A stretch of DNA of 64,000 bases, taken from positions 86,895 through 150,894 of the forward strand of contig JABHSG010000003.1 of assembly GCA_018697095.1 (NCBI GenBank). The letters run 5' to 3'. Numbering within the stretch: position 1 is the first letter of the stretch; the number at the start of each line of letters is the position of its first letter. The stretch is from an archaeon. Its GTDB lineage: Archaea; Nanobdellota; Nanobdellia; Woesearchaeales; GW2011-AR9. Positions 18,387-28,751 of the stretch are shown one piece after another. Under the pieces are notes generated by a model, which was not told where the DNA came from, made no database searches, and saw only the letters and a program-made list of their open reading frames with translations. Both the position numbers and the translations under genes were made by a program.

Positions 18387-20330
18387 ATGATTCTTGGAAA
18401 AATCACTGGTAAGGTATTAACAACTAAATTTCAATTTAATGTTACTAGTGCTTATGCTAAAAAATTTCAATTTCTGCAAGTAAATCATTCAGAATACGGG
18501 TTTGTTTTATGCCAGTTAATGGAACTTATCCGTGAGCAAGATAATCTTACTGCTAAGTGTACAGTTATTGGATATAAAGACCCAAGCGATAATAGACTTA
18601 AGGGAATCAGAACTCCCTTCAATCTACGCGCTGAAGTTTTAGAAGCGCAAGACGATTTCATTAAAGACATAATCAAACTAGACAGTAACGCAGCCTACAT
18701 GGGAACACTTGAAGGAAAAAATCTTGAAGTACATATTGATTTGCAAAAAGTTTTAACAAGGCACCTTGCAGTTCTGGCAAAATCTGGTGCTGGAAAATCA
18801 TACACAGTTGGTGTTCTCTTAGAAGAGATTCTTGAAAGACAAGTGCCTCTATTAATTATTGATCCGCACGGAGAATATAGTACCTTAAAAGAAAAAAGCA
18901 CAGACTCTCAAGAAGAACTCCTAAAATGGAGTATCAATGCTAAAAGTTACAAACACCAAATTCAAGAGTTTGGAGATATGGAATTAAATCCAGATTTCAA
19001 ACCCCTTAGGCTAAGTGAGCGCATGTCAAGTTATGAGCTTCTCAAAATTCTTCCAATTTCTTTAAGTAACACCCAAGAAGCCATGCTTTTTTCTGCAATT
19101 AAAGATATTCCTGCAAATGAACTAAATTTTGATAACATAATATATGAACTGCAGCAAATTGAAAGTGCCAACATCTGGCCAGTAATTGATACAATTAAAC
19201 ACCTAAAAGATTTGAATATTTTTTCGCCAAGCCCAACGCCACTTACTGATATAATTGTTCCAGGCAAGGCATCAATTCTAAATTTAAGAGGAACAGACCC
19301 AAAAATTGCTTCCATGATTGTCGCAAAACTTCTAAAAGATATTTTCATCGCTAGAAAAAAAGCTAAAATACCTCCATTTTTTTGTGTAATTGAAGAAGCC
19401 CACAACTTTGTTCCTGAAAAAGGATTTGGAACAGCCATATCTTCAGAAATAATTAGATTAATCAGTAGCGAAGGCAGAAAATTTGGCCTTGGACTTTGCG
19501 TTATCTCTCAACGTCCAGCTCTTTTACAAAAAACAGTTCTAGCGCAATGTTCAACTCAAATAATTATGAAAATCACAAATCCAAATGATCTAAGAGTTAT
19601 TACCAGCAGCGCCGAAGGCATTGGTAGTGAAACCGCTGACGAGATCCAAAATCTCCCAATTGGTTCCGCGCTTATTTGTGGAATTGTTGATCGGCCACTT
19701 GTGGTAAATATCAGGCGCCGCAGATCAAAGCATGGAGGGGAAGCCGTTAACGTTTTGCAAAAATATAACTCAATTTCAGCTTCTCAAGAAATAAGTTTAA
19801 CGCCGCCGTCTAATAACAACAAAACACCACTAGTTCCAATGGAACAAATACAAAAAACACCACAAATTAAATCCACTTCAACAGAGCCAAGTATTATTGA
19901 ACAAACAAAAAATTTCGCAAACAAAAATCTCATTTCTATAGTTCCAAGCAAATTATCTATCAAAGACATTAAATTGATTGCAGATAAAGACATAAAAAAA
20001 ATTACAACTTATTTGATTCCAGCTCTTTACATAAAAGTTTCACAAGAAATAAACAAGGAAGAAAAAATTTTTCATATTCTAGTGGATAAAGTAAAGGGTA
20101 AGGTCATTCTTGATCCAGACACAGATAAAAAAATAGAAATCAATGAATTAGCTAACTTTCAAGAAACTGCAGCATTTCTAAGAAAACCATCTTTTCAGGA
20201 ATTCCAATACAACACAATTATCTCTGAAAGACTATCCACAAAAAAAATAAAGCTTTTACTTGAACCATTTTGTAAGGTGCAAGATTATACTCAAACTAAC
20301 ATAGTTTTTCACAAAGTAGAATATACATAA
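18387..20330 (+). CDS. HerA/FtsK-superfamily ATPase (DUF87/HAS-barrel type) with a unique ~200-aa C-terminal extension.
   Basis: Walker A LAKSGAGKSYTVG, Walker B-like VIEEAH, GLCVISQRP, and an N-terminal HAS-barrel-like segment. Confidence 0.65.
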   Translation: MILGKITGKVLTTKFQFNVTSAYAKKFQFLQVNHSEYGFVLCQLMELIREQDNLTAKCTVIGYKDPSDNRLKGIRTPFNLRAEVLEAQDDFIKDIIKLDSNAAYMGTLEGKNLEVHIDLQKVLTRHLAVLAKSGAGKSYTVGVLLEEILERQVPLLIIDPHGEYSTLKEKSTDSQEELLKWSINAKSYKHQIQEFGDMELNPDFKPLRLSERMSSYELLKILPISLSNTQEAMLFSAIKDIPANELNFDNIIYELQQIESANIWPVIDTIKHLKDLNIFSPSPTPLTDIIVPGKASILNLRGTDPKIASMIVAKLLKDIFIARKKAKIPPFFCVIEEAHNFVPEKGFGTAISSEIIRLISSEGRKFGLGLCVISQRPALLQKTVLAQCSTQIIMKITNPNDLRVITSSAEGIGSETADEIQNLPIGSALICGIVDRPLVVNIRRRRSKHGGEAVNVLQKYNSISASQEISLTPPSNNNKTPLVPMEQIQKTPQIKSTSTEPSIIEQTKNFANKNLISIVPSKLSIKDIKLIADKDIKKITTYLIPALYIKVSQEINKEEKIFHILVDKVKGKVILDPDTDKKIEINELANFQETAAFLRKPSFQEFQYNTIISERLSTKKIKLLLEPFCKVQDYTQTNIVFHKVEYT

Positions 20331-20505
20331 TCAAAAACAACTAATACTCAACTAAAGTACAACCAAAACACCTGCCAAAACTCAATGAAAATCCAAGCAA
20401 AAACTAACTTCAAATTCTTTTTTAACATAAAAATAACCGCGCTATCACAAAGCATATAAACTCAAAACCTTCAAAAACACTCTATTTAATAGGGGGTAGT
20501 AAAAA

Positions 20506-21435
20506 ATGGAAGAATCTTCTCAAACTGAATCTGTACCAAGTAAAGAGGAAGTTAGTCAAACTATGACTCAAACTTCAGAACTAAAGGCAGAATCAACAAC
20601 AAATAAGGAGCATACACACACAAAAGCTTCAACTCATGAGACTGCGCAAAATCATAATAAAGCGCATAGCCATGAACATAAAACACATACAAAACATGCT
20701 AGCCACAGCGCAGCACACAAAAACATGAAAACAGACGAAACTAAAGGATGGAAAATTGCAACTGCAATTTTAGCAGTTTTACTTGTAGTGTCTCTTTTTG
20801 CTAATTGGGATATCGACATTTCAAAAACTGGAGGATCAGCAGCAGGTATTGCAGATGCTGCAGCAGGCGCAGCAGAAGCCAATGCACCAAGCTTCGACGA
20901 CTTCGTTGCAAGCGATTATTATGATGCAGACACAGACCCTGTACTTGGAGATGCAGATGCACCAGTAACAATCATAGAGTGGAGTGATTTTGAATGTCCA
21001 TTTTGTGCACGTGCTTATCCAACTGTAAAGCAAGTTGAAGAAGAATACGTAGCTGATGGAAGAGTAAAAATTGTTTTCAGAGATTTTCCACTTAGTTTTC
21101 ACGCAGAAGCTCAACCAGCAGCTCTAGCAGCTGAATGTGCAAACGAGCAAGATATGTTTTGGGAATACCACGACTTAATATTTGAGAACCAGAATCTTCT
21201 TGGAGATGCTCAGTATGAATCTTGGGCGCAAGAACTTGGCCTTGATATGAACCAATTTAGTGACTGTTACAGTTCACAAAAATATGCAAGTGAAGTAGCA
21301 GAAGACTTTAGTGATGGTGGAAGACTAGGTGTACAAGGAACTCCAAGTTTCTTTGTGAATGGTGTCCAAATTAGTGGAGCTCAACCATACAGTGTTTTTG
21401 AAGCAGCAATTGAAGCTGCTTTAGCTGCAAGTTAA
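20506..21435 (+). CDS. Membrane-anchored thioredoxin-fold DsbA-like thiol:disulfide oxidoreductase with a His/Thr-rich N-terminal segment.
   Basis: SD-like AGGGGGT 8 nt upstream. The His-rich stretch HTHTKASTHE...HSHEHKTHTKHASH is followed by one TM helix and a CPFC active site (WSDFECPFCARAYP). Confidence 0.6.
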   Translation: MEESSQTESVPSKEEVSQTMTQTSELKAESTTNKEHTHTKASTHETAQNHNKAHSHEHKTHTKHASHSAAHKNMKTDETKGWKIATAILAVLLVVSLFANWDIDISKTGGSAAGIADAAAGAAEANAPSFDDFVASDYYDADTDPVLGDADAPVTIIEWSDFECPFCARAYPTVKQVEEEYVADGRVKIVFRDFPLSFHAEAQPAALAAECANEQDMFWEYHDLIFENQNLLGDAQYESWAQELGLDMNQFSDCYSSQKYASEVAEDFSDGGRLGVQGTPSFFVNGVQISGAQPYSVFEAAIEAALAAS

Positions 21436-21525
21436 GCAAATCAAAGACAGCTATTTCAAAAAGTTTTTATTATTTTTTCTTTTCTTTCTTATTCTAATAC
21501 CTAAAAAGTAAATTACAAATCGAAA

Positions 21526-22095
21526 ATGACACAAAAAACATCAATCTCAAAAATCAAACAAACTTACAAAACAACCAAGTTAGCAGTGAAAAGGGTTTGG
21601 TTTGACCGTAAAAGTAAGTTAATAATTCTCGCTCTAACAGCATCTTTCATAGTCTTAAACGCAATTATTTTAGAACTTTTTCAAGTTGGAAAACTTCTTT
21701 TTAGCAGTCCAAGAACGTTCATTGATGGCATTTATTTTACGCTTAGAAGTCTCCATTTTTTCCCAGGCGTTATGATGATTCTCTTATCTTTACTCTCGGC
21801 AATTTTAATTGCTATGGTTTTATATGCCTTAAGAATAAAAAAGCAATTAGGTGCATCACAACCAACTCTTAGTGGCAGTGCAAAAGCATCTGCTGGCACT
21901 GGAATTATTCTCACCTTAATAGCACCAGCTTGCCCAAGTTGTGGAATTGGTGTTCTCTCAGCAATTGGCCTCACTACTTTAGGGAGCTTTCTGCCATTTG
22001 GCGGACAAGAATTCAGTATTTTAGGTATTATAGTACTATTAGTTGCAATAACTTATACAGCTAAACAAATAGAAGAACCAGTCTGTAAGATATAA
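21526..22095 (+). CDS. Polytopic membrane protein with an intramembrane CPSCG motif; possible redox partner of the preceding DsbA-like protein.
   Basis: TM helices; a CxxC in the hydrophobic segment LIAPACPSCGIGVL; adjacent on the same strand. Confidence 0.35.
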   Translation: MTQKTSISKIKQTYKTTKLAVKRVWFDRKSKLIILALTASFIVLNAIILELFQVGKLLFSSPRTFIDGIYFTLRSLHFFPGVMMILLSLLSAILIAMVLYALRIKKQLGASQPTLSGSAKASAGTGIILTLIAPACPSCGIGVLSAIGLTTLGSFLPFGGQEFSILGIIVLLVAITYTAKQIEEPVCKI

Positions 22096-22378
22096 TGACT
22101 AATTGAACTACATTTCTACAAAAATGAATACTGTTCAAAAAACTCAGTATTATTATTCAAAGAAATTCAGCCACATGAAGATAAATATCCCAAGAAGTAG
22201 TAAGAAGTTAGTGGCAAAAAGTACAATTCTAAAAGCCAAAATCTTATTTTTTGGAACTTTAAACCAAACAAGAAATCTATTATAGGCTAAATCAAAAACT
22301 CTACCTAGCCAACTTGAAGAAATTTTTTTAGTGCCAGCATTACCTCGCAAAGAACTAACTTTAACCCTATCATTCAGT

Positions 22379-23017
22379 TCAGGCTTTCGCTGCTCTTTCC
22401 TGTGCTTCAATTTTCTTTTTAACATTCTTAAGTCTAAAAAACGCTTCTCTTTCAACTTCTGCAAGCCGATCTTTAATATGTTTTTCAATCCCCTCAATTT
22501 CTGGAATTTTGATATATTCAAGTGCGTTAACCCGCCGTTTTGTTTTTTTAATTTCTTCAGCCAAAGTAAAGATAACTTGTTCAACTTCTGCTAAGCGAAC
22601 TAAATCTGGAATTGTCCGAACAAAACGCAGTCTTGCCATCTCTACATAATAAGAAGTTCCAATCATTGAACTATTAAGCCTAGCCCCAAGATCTTTAAGT
22701 TCAAATTTAGGAACTTTAACTCCCATCAAGTTTTGTTCACTTGAGTTTATTGCAAACGAAGGAGTCATTGAATATGCCAAACTTTTAACCCTATTAACTC
22801 CACTAACTCCTTGGGCAATTCTCACAGTGTCATATCCAATTTGCAAATTTTCCAAAGTTCTTTTTTTCAAGATTTTATACTCCTTAATTTTCGCAAAAAA
22901 AACGCGAATTAAGGCATCTCGCTTACGCTTTAGAAGGCTATGTCCTTTTATTGCAAGTTTTTTTTGAGCCTTAGCTTTCAAAAGCTCACTTCGTGTTGCA
23001 CTTGTCATATCTGCCAT
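22379..23017 (-). CDS. atpD: A/V-type ATP synthase subunit D.
   Basis: Typical subunit-D coiled-coil sequence (…LLKRKRDAL…) and its position at the end of the ahaHIKECFABD operon. Confidence 0.8.
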   Translation of the reverse strand: MADMTSATRSELLKAKAQKKLAIKGHSLLKRKRDALIRVFFAKIKEYKILKKRTLENLQIGYDTVRIAQGVSGVNRVKSLAYSMTPSFAINSSEQNLMGVKVPKFELKDLGARLNSSMIGTSYYVEMARLRFVRTIPDLVRLAEVEQVIFTLAEEIKKTKRRVNALEYIKIPEIEGIEKHIKDRLAEVEREAFFRLKNVKKKIEAQERAAKA

Positions 23018-23069
23018 AATTAATTCCTACAATGCTCAACTATTATCCCAACTAAATAACTTAGCTCCA

Positions 23070-24449
23070 TCATTTTTTCTTAGGTAAATATTTTTCAATA
23101 AACGCCTTTTTTGCTTTTTTAAGTTCTGAGCGTGGAAGTATAGTCATAAGTTCCCAACCAAGTTTCAATGTTTCTTTAATTCCCCGGTTAGTATAACTTC
23201 CTTGATTAATGAATTTATCTTCAAAAGCTTCTCCAAAGCGTAAATATTTTTTATCAACTTCTGAAAGTGAAGATTCACCAACAACAGAAACTAATTGTCT
23301 TAGTTCAAGCGCTCTAGCATAAGCAGCATACATCTGATCTGCAACTGAAGAATGGTCTTCACGTGTTTTCCCTTTCCCAATACCATTATTCATCAGCCGA
23401 CTAAGTGAGGGCAATGGGTTTATCGGAGGACTGATCCCTCTTTTATGTAGTCCAGCATCCAAAACAATTTGTCCTTCAGTAATATATCCAGCCAAATCAG
23501 GAATCGGGTGAGTTTTATCTCCAGCAGGCATAGTAAGAATTGGAACTTGCGTAATTGACCCAGTACTTCCTTCAACCATTCCCGCTCGTTCATAATTTGC
23601 GGCTAAATCAGTATACATGTATCCTGGATATCCTCGTCTTCCAGGAACTTCATTACGTGCAGCTGCAACTTCACGTAGTGCCTCGCAGTAATTTGTAAAA
23701 TCAGTTAAGATAACAAGTACGTGCATGTTCAAATCAAATGCCAAATATTCTGCAGTTGTAAGTGCCACACGTGGCGTAATGATTCTTTCAACACTAGGGT
23801 CATTTGCTAGATTCATAAATACAACTGCTTTTTCAAGTGCACCTGTCTTTTTGAAATCTTCCATAAAAAATCGTGCTTCTTCGTAGGTAATTCCCATTGC
23901 TGCAAATACTATTGCAAAATCTTCACCACCAGCACTAGCTTGCCTTGCAATCTGCGCTGCAAGTTCGTTGTGTGGAAGTCCTGCTCCACTAAAAATAGGT
24001 AACTTTTGTCCACGAACAAGAGTAGTCATACAATCTATTGTTGAAATCCCAGTTTGAATAAAGTCAGACGGGCTACGTCTAGATGCAGGGTTAATCGCTG
24101 ACCCATTTACATCAAGATATTTTTTTGGAGTGTAAGTAAATTTACCCTTTGGTCTTCCCATACCGTCAAATATTTTTCCAAGCATTTTACGGCTAACGCC
24201 AATCTCTGCTGGTTTTGTTGTAAATTGAACTTGAGAATCCAAATCAACTCCCATACTACTATCAAATAGTTGAACAACTGCCTTCTCACGACTTGTATCA
24301 AGAACTTGTCCTAAAAGTTCCCTATTATCTGTAGTTTTAATCTTACAAATTTCTCCATAAGAAACCCCTTTAACATTTTCAACTACAAGTAGTGGTCCTT
24401 TCAAAGATGAAGATGTTTTGTACCATGGTTGAACTTTTGCTGATGCCAT
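23070..24449 (-). CDS. atpB: A/V-type ATP synthase subunit B (regulatory).
   Basis: Strong conservation of B-subunit blocks ([38 protein letters not shown]). Confidence 0.93.
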   Translation of the reverse strand: MASAKVQPWYKTSSSLKGPLLVVENVKGVSYGEICKIKTTDNRELLGQVLDTSREKAVVQLFDSSMGVDLDSQVQFTTKPAEIGVSRKMLGKIFDGMGRPKGKFTYTPKKYLDVNGSAINPASRRSPSDFIQTGISTIDCMTTLVRGQKLPIFSGAGLPHNELAAQIARQASAGGEDFAIVFAAMGITYEEARFFMEDFKKTGALEKAVVFMNLANDPSVERIITPRVALTTAEYLAFDLNMHVLVILTDFTNYCEALREVAAARNEVPGRRGYPGYMYTDLAANYERAGMVEGSTGSITQVPILTMPAGDKTHPIPDLAGYITEGQIVLDAGLHKRGISPPINPLPSLSRLMNNGIGKGKTREDHSSVADQMYAAYARALELRQLVSVVGESSLSEVDKKYLRFGEAFEDKFINQGSYTNRGIKETLKLGWELMTILPRSELKKAKKAFIEKYLPKKK

Positions 24450-24559
24450 TTTCCTTTCATTTCTCCAATTAAAATTATTATTTATTCTAATTATTCTTAT
24501 TTTCTAAATTTTTATTTTTTATCTAGTAATCCATTTCTAATCTTTATTTTTCACAAAAT

Positions 24560-26350
24560 TTATCTCAGTGATTTTTCAATAAGTTTCATAACTTCCTTTT
24601 CAACAGCTTCGTGTTTTCCATCCATAAAGGTATCATTTTGCCTATACTTGAGTTGTGCAAGTTCTTGAACCCCAGAAGATTCCCGAAGTTTATCCAAATC
24701 CAAGTCTTCAATAACTTCTTTTGCTGTGTCATAAAACCCAAAAATCAAACGAATCATGGAAGCTTGTTTTTCAAGAGGACAAAAAGTGTCATCTTCATGA
24801 AATGCATTTTGTTGTAAAAAGTCTTCACGAACAAGACGTGCTGCAAATAGCAAAAGTTGTTGATCCTTTGGTAAACTATCAACTCCTACAAGTTGAACAA
24901 TTTCTTGGAGTTCAGCTTCTTCTTGCAGTAATTTATGGCATCGTTTACGCATTTCTCCCCAATCAGAAGACACATTTTCATTATACCATTTATCTGTAAT
25001 CCGATTGTATAAACTATAACTTCTAAGCCAATTAATTGCAGGGTAATGTCTTTTGTTTGCCAAATTCGCATCAAGCGCCCAAAAACATTTAGCAAGCCGC
25101 AAGGTATTTTGTGTAACTGGTTCACTAAAGTCCCCTCCAGGAGGACTAACAGCACCAACAACAGTAATTGACCCTTCACCACCAGACAAATTTTTCACAT
25201 AGCCAGCACGTTCATAAAATTCAGCAAGCCTTTTACTAAGATAAGCAGGGTATCCTTCTTCACCAGGCATCTCTTCAAGTCTACCTGAAATCTCTCTCAT
25301 AGCTTCAGCCCATCTAGATGTGCTATCTGCCATTAGTGCTACATTGTAACCCATATCTCTAAAATATTCAGCGATAGTAATTCCAGTATAAACACAAGCC
25401 TCTCGAGCCGCCACTGGCATGTTTGAAGTATTTGCAATCAGAACAGTTCTATTCATAAGTGGCTGTCCACTCTTAGGATCTTTAAGGTGCGGAAATTCTG
25501 ATAAAACTTCAGTCATTTCATTCCCTCTTTCTCCACAACCAACATAGATAATAATATCTGCATCACACCACTTTGCAAGTTGTTGTTGAGTAACAGTTTT
25601 TCCAGAACCAAACGGCCCAGGAATTGCCGCAACTCCTCCTTTAGCAACCGGCGCAAAAAAATCTAAAATTCTTTGTCCAGAAATAAGTGGCCTATGTACT
25701 CCTTGTTTTTCTTCAACAGGCCGTGGGACTCTAACTGGCCAATGTTGGACCATAGTAATTTCTTTTCCACCAATTTTTGCAATAATATCTTTGTTAGTAA
25801 ATGCTCCACTAGAAATTTTTTCAACTTTCCCAAAGATTCCATTTGGAACCATTATTTTATGAGTGATAATGGGGTTTTCTTTAACTTCCCCAATAATTTC
25901 TCCAGATTTAACTACAGCTCCAATCTTAACTTTAGCCTTAAATTCCCATTTTTTGTCCATGTCAAGCGAAGGAATATCTACACCACGCGGAACAAACACT
26001 CCATATTTTGAAGCGATAACATCCAGCGGACGTTGAGTTCCATCAAAAACACCACCTAAAATACCAGGGCCAAGAGCAACACTTAGAGATTTTTTTGTAT
26101 TAACAACTTTTTCTCCAGGCATAAGCCCAATTGTATCTTCATAAACTTGAATAACACTAGTTGACCCTTCAAGTTGGATTACTTCTCCCATTAGCCCAGT
26201 ATTTCCAACTTTCACTAAGTCATTAACTGCAGCCCGCATTTTAGCATAAACAACTGGTCCAGAGACACGCATGATCTCTCCTACATTTTTCCCAGTACTG
26301 TTTGATTTTTTTGATCGTCCTAATTTTTCTTCAGTGATTTTTTTTGACAT
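24560..26350 (-). CDS. atpA: A/V-type ATP synthase catalytic subunit A.
   Basis: P-loop GPFGSGKTV, a non-homologous insert region and 596 aa, with a short Lys-rich N-terminal extension. Confidence 0.93.
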   Translation of the reverse strand: MSKKITEEKLGRSKKSNSTGKNVGEIMRVSGPVVYAKMRAAVNDLVKVGNTGLMGEVIQLEGSTSVIQVYEDTIGLMPGEKVVNTKKSLSVALGPGILGGVFDGTQRPLDVIASKYGVFVPRGVDIPSLDMDKKWEFKAKVKIGAVVKSGEIIGEVKENPIITHKIMVPNGIFGKVEKISSGAFTNKDIIAKIGGKEITMVQHWPVRVPRPVEEKQGVHRPLISGQRILDFFAPVAKGGVAAIPGPFGSGKTVTQQQLAKWCDADIIIYVGCGERGNEMTEVLSEFPHLKDPKSGQPLMNRTVLIANTSNMPVAAREACVYTGITIAEYFRDMGYNVALMADSTSRWAEAMREISGRLEEMPGEEGYPAYLSKRLAEFYERAGYVKNLSGGEGSITVVGAVSPPGGDFSEPVTQNTLRLAKCFWALDANLANKRHYPAINWLRSYSLYNRITDKWYNENVSSDWGEMRKRCHKLLQEEAELQEIVQLVGVDSLPKDQQLLLFAARLVREDFLQQNAFHEDDTFCPLEKQASMIRLIFGFYDTAKEVIEDLDLDKLRESSGVQELAQLKYRQNDTFMDGKHEAVEKEVMKLIEKSLR

Positions 26351-26379
26351 TTTGATTTCCCTCTATAAATATTTATAAT

Positions 26380-26685
26380 TTAATTTTTATCTAAACTAAT
26401 CCCTAGCGTTTCTCTTGCAAGAGCATCAATTTTCTCAAGCCCAATATTTTGAAATTCACAAGGGATCTCAATGAAATAAATCCCAAACCCTTGTTTTTCT
26501 TTTGCACTAAGCATCTCAAGTAATTTTTGACTCATAAAAACAGTCTTAGCTCCAGATTTACAAATTTGCAAAACATGTGAAATTAAATTTTCATGATTAC
26601 ATGAAGCAGTCACTTCAACAATTTCACTAACCCCGCTAAGGCCAAGAGTAACTACATCATCCTCAAACCCAATTACTGCAATCAT
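26380..26685 (-). CDS. atpF: A/V-type ATP synthase subunit F.
   Basis: 101 aa, MIAVIGFEDDV... pattern, between C and A. Confidence 0.75.
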   Translation of the reverse strand: MIAVIGFEDDVVTLGLSGVSEIVEVTASCNHENLISHVLQICKSGAKTVFMSQKLLEMLSAKEKQGFGIYFIEIPCEFQNIGLEKIDALARETLGISLDKN

Positions 26686-27719
26686 AATGATAACACCCCT
26701 TTAATTTTTTCACGTGAAAATCCATGAGATTTCATTTTAAGCAAAATGTTCACATTTCTATGAATTGCCCGATCAAGAGCTATAAATCCAATCAAGCTAG
26801 CATCACTAAGCGGATCTTTTGATAAAAGTCCTTCTGCAAAACGTAAAATCCCATAGTAAAACTCTTTTTCGATTTGTATTGGGTCTTCTGAGCTAACACT
26901 GTATCCATGTTTTTTCATAAGAACAGCAACTGCTGGCCCAGAACCATTTTTAATCCCCTGGTAAGCCAAAAGTTCAATGCGCCCTCCATCTAAAATTGGA
27001 TCCATCCCTTTAAGCACAAGCCCAATATTTCTTCCATCAATTATTTTTTTAGCGTAAGCTTTTGCTTCCACACTCTTAGCATGGTGCAGTAATCTTCGAA
27101 AATAAGCTTTTTTAAGTTCGATTTCAAAAGAAAGAAAATTGCCTTTACTAATCTCATCCATATTTTTCTCAAGTATAATAGCATAACCACTTCCTTTCAA
27201 TTCATTATGAATACTTTCAAGAGAATAATCTGCTTTATCAACAAACTCGCTACTAAACAGTTTAGTCACATTTACAAGGTTACTTGCAGATACGTCGCCC
27301 GAAGTTTTCGCATTCAAAGACCTAACTAGAGTCATAATATCTTCAACATCATATTGGGAAAGAACTGCAGACAAGTAAGGTTTACTTTGTTCAGGTGCAA
27401 TTGAAAGAACTTTTCCAAGGTCTTCAATTAAAGCAGATCGAAGTGCTTTATCAACACTACTATAACTAAAATCAGCCCCTAAAAATTTACTTAATGTAGG
27501 GTAGTGTTTTTTTTCTAAAGTAAAGATAGCTTCATTGTATGGTTTTGCAAGCAAGTCTTCAAAATCTTCCTTTTTTAGAAGTAGTGCACGCATTGCACGA
27601 ATACGTGCGTTAGCATAAGCAAAAGGGTAAATCCTACTAACAACTAAAAATACCGGGATCAGCGCAACTGCCCCAACTAAAAGAAGTCCAAATACCAATA
27701 CTAAAATTTCAAATTCCAT
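26682..27719 (-). CDS. atpC: A/V-type ATP synthase subunit C (d-like).
   Basis: 345 aa; operon position between E and F. Confidence 0.65.
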   Translation of the reverse strand: MEFEILVLVFGLLLVGAVALIPVFLVVSRIYPFAYANARIRAMRALLLKKEDFEDLLAKPYNEAIFTLEKKHYPTLSKFLGADFSYSSVDKALRSALIEDLGKVLSIAPEQSKPYLSAVLSQYDVEDIMTLVRSLNAKTSGDVSASNLVNVTKLFSSEFVDKADYSLESIHNELKGSGYAIILEKNMDEISKGNFLSFEIELKKAYFRRLLHHAKSVEAKAYAKKIIDGRNIGLVLKGMDPILDGGRIELLAYQGIKNGSGPAVAVLMKKHGYSVSSEDPIQIEKEFYYGILRFAEGLLSKDPLSDASLIGFIALDRAIHRNVNILLKMKSHGFSREKIKGVLSL

Positions 27720-27732
27720 ATGTAAATCTCAT

Positions 27733-27756
27733 TTATTATTATTATTATTATTATTC
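27733..27756. repeat. (TTA)8 microsatellite at the atpE stop and the atpE–atpC intergenic spacer.
   Basis: Direct reading: ttattattattattattattatta. Confidence 0.8.
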
Positions 27757-28410
27757 TACTCTGTCTTCAATATAATGTAGTACAAACTTAATTACATCGT
27801 CATGCTTTGATTCTAGCAGGTCCTTAAGCCCAAAAGAAAAGAGCATGGAATCATTTTCTGCTACAACTTCAAGTCCTAAAAGACTAGCTTCACAAAAATT
27901 AATGTTAACATCTTTTGGGCAATAAAACTTAAAATCATTTTTTACAAAGCCATCTGATTTTATTTTTTTACAAAGCCCAAGGTAAAGAGCCTTACAAAAA
28001 GCTTTTTTCTCTTCTTTTCCAAGTCCTTTTGCGACAATTGCAAGGTCCGCTAGTACCTTTTGAACAAGAGCAAGTTCAGCGGCACTTTTTAATCGCTCAG
28101 ATTCTAAACGAGCAGAACTAAGTTGCATAGTGTCATATGATTCAGTCTCTCTTTCCAAAAAAAACATGATCTCTTTTTCTTCAAGTTTAGCGTTATCAGT
28201 AGCATCACTAACAAACTTCTCATACCTAGCTTCAGCTTCAACACCAATCTCTTGAATTTGTGTTTCATACTGGGCTTTTAAAAAGCCTTCAAGTTCTGTT
28301 GTTCTATCTCGTACAATCATTGTTTTAAGGGTCTCCTTTACTTCACCTTTCGGTGCAAAGGAACTTTCGGTTCCTTGCACAAGAGAGCTTTGCTCTCTTT
28401 GTGCTAGCAA
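27751..28410 (-). CDS. atpE: A/V-type ATP synthase subunit E.
   Basis: Size and operon position; predicted helical N-terminus. Confidence 0.6.
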   Translation of the reverse strand: MLAQREQSSLVQGTESSFAPKGEVKETLKTMIVRDRTTELEGFLKAQYETQIQEIGVEAEARYEKFVSDATDNAKLEEKEIMFFLERETESYDTMQLSSARLESERLKSAAELALVQKVLADLAIVAKGLGKEEKKAFCKALYLGLCKKIKSDGFVKNDFKFYCPKDVNINFCEASLLGLEVVAENDSMLFSFGLKDLLESKHDDVIKFVLHYIEDRVE

Positions 28411-28468
28411 TTTTGTTGCTCCGCATAATTATCACTATCTTAAACTGTTTTATTTCAAAAGCATTAAT

Positions 28469-28699
28469 CTATGCTCCAAAAACAAACAGTAGTAAAATAG
28501 CGATAACAAACCCATAAATTGCCTGTGTTTCAGGAAGAGCCGCGAATACAAGCATTTTAGCGAGTAATTTTTCGTTCTCAGCAGTAGCTCCTGCCGCTGC
28601 ACTAGACGCAATCCCTTGCCCAATACCTGAACCAAGCGCTGCAAATCCAATAGCAATTCCTGCTCCGATTGCAATAAGTCCACTAGTTATATCTACCAT
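28469..28699 (-). CDS. atpK: A/V-type ATP synthase proteolipid subunit K (c).
   Basis: 76-aa two-helix hairpin, Gly-rich helix 1 and a conserved carboxylate (LPETQAIYG). Confidence 0.85.
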   Translation of the reverse strand: MVDITSGLIAIGAGIAIGFAALGSGIGQGIASSAAAGATAENEKLLAKMLVFAALPETQAIYGFVIAILLLFVFGA

Positions 28700-28751
28700 T
28701 TTTTTATTTCCTCCGATATTTTAATATTAGTTCATACTAATAGTATCTTTT

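Noticed and set aside
22153-22584. 143-aa minus-strand ORF overlapping the 3' part of atpD, and the 60-aa ORF at 22103..22285.
   Set aside because: They overlap a well-supported gene in another frame; Lys-rich low-complexity translation typical of AT-rich spurious ORFs.
28450-28683. 77-aa ORF overlapping the atpK proteolipid gene.
   Set aside because: Alternative-frame ORF inside a conserved gene; no features.
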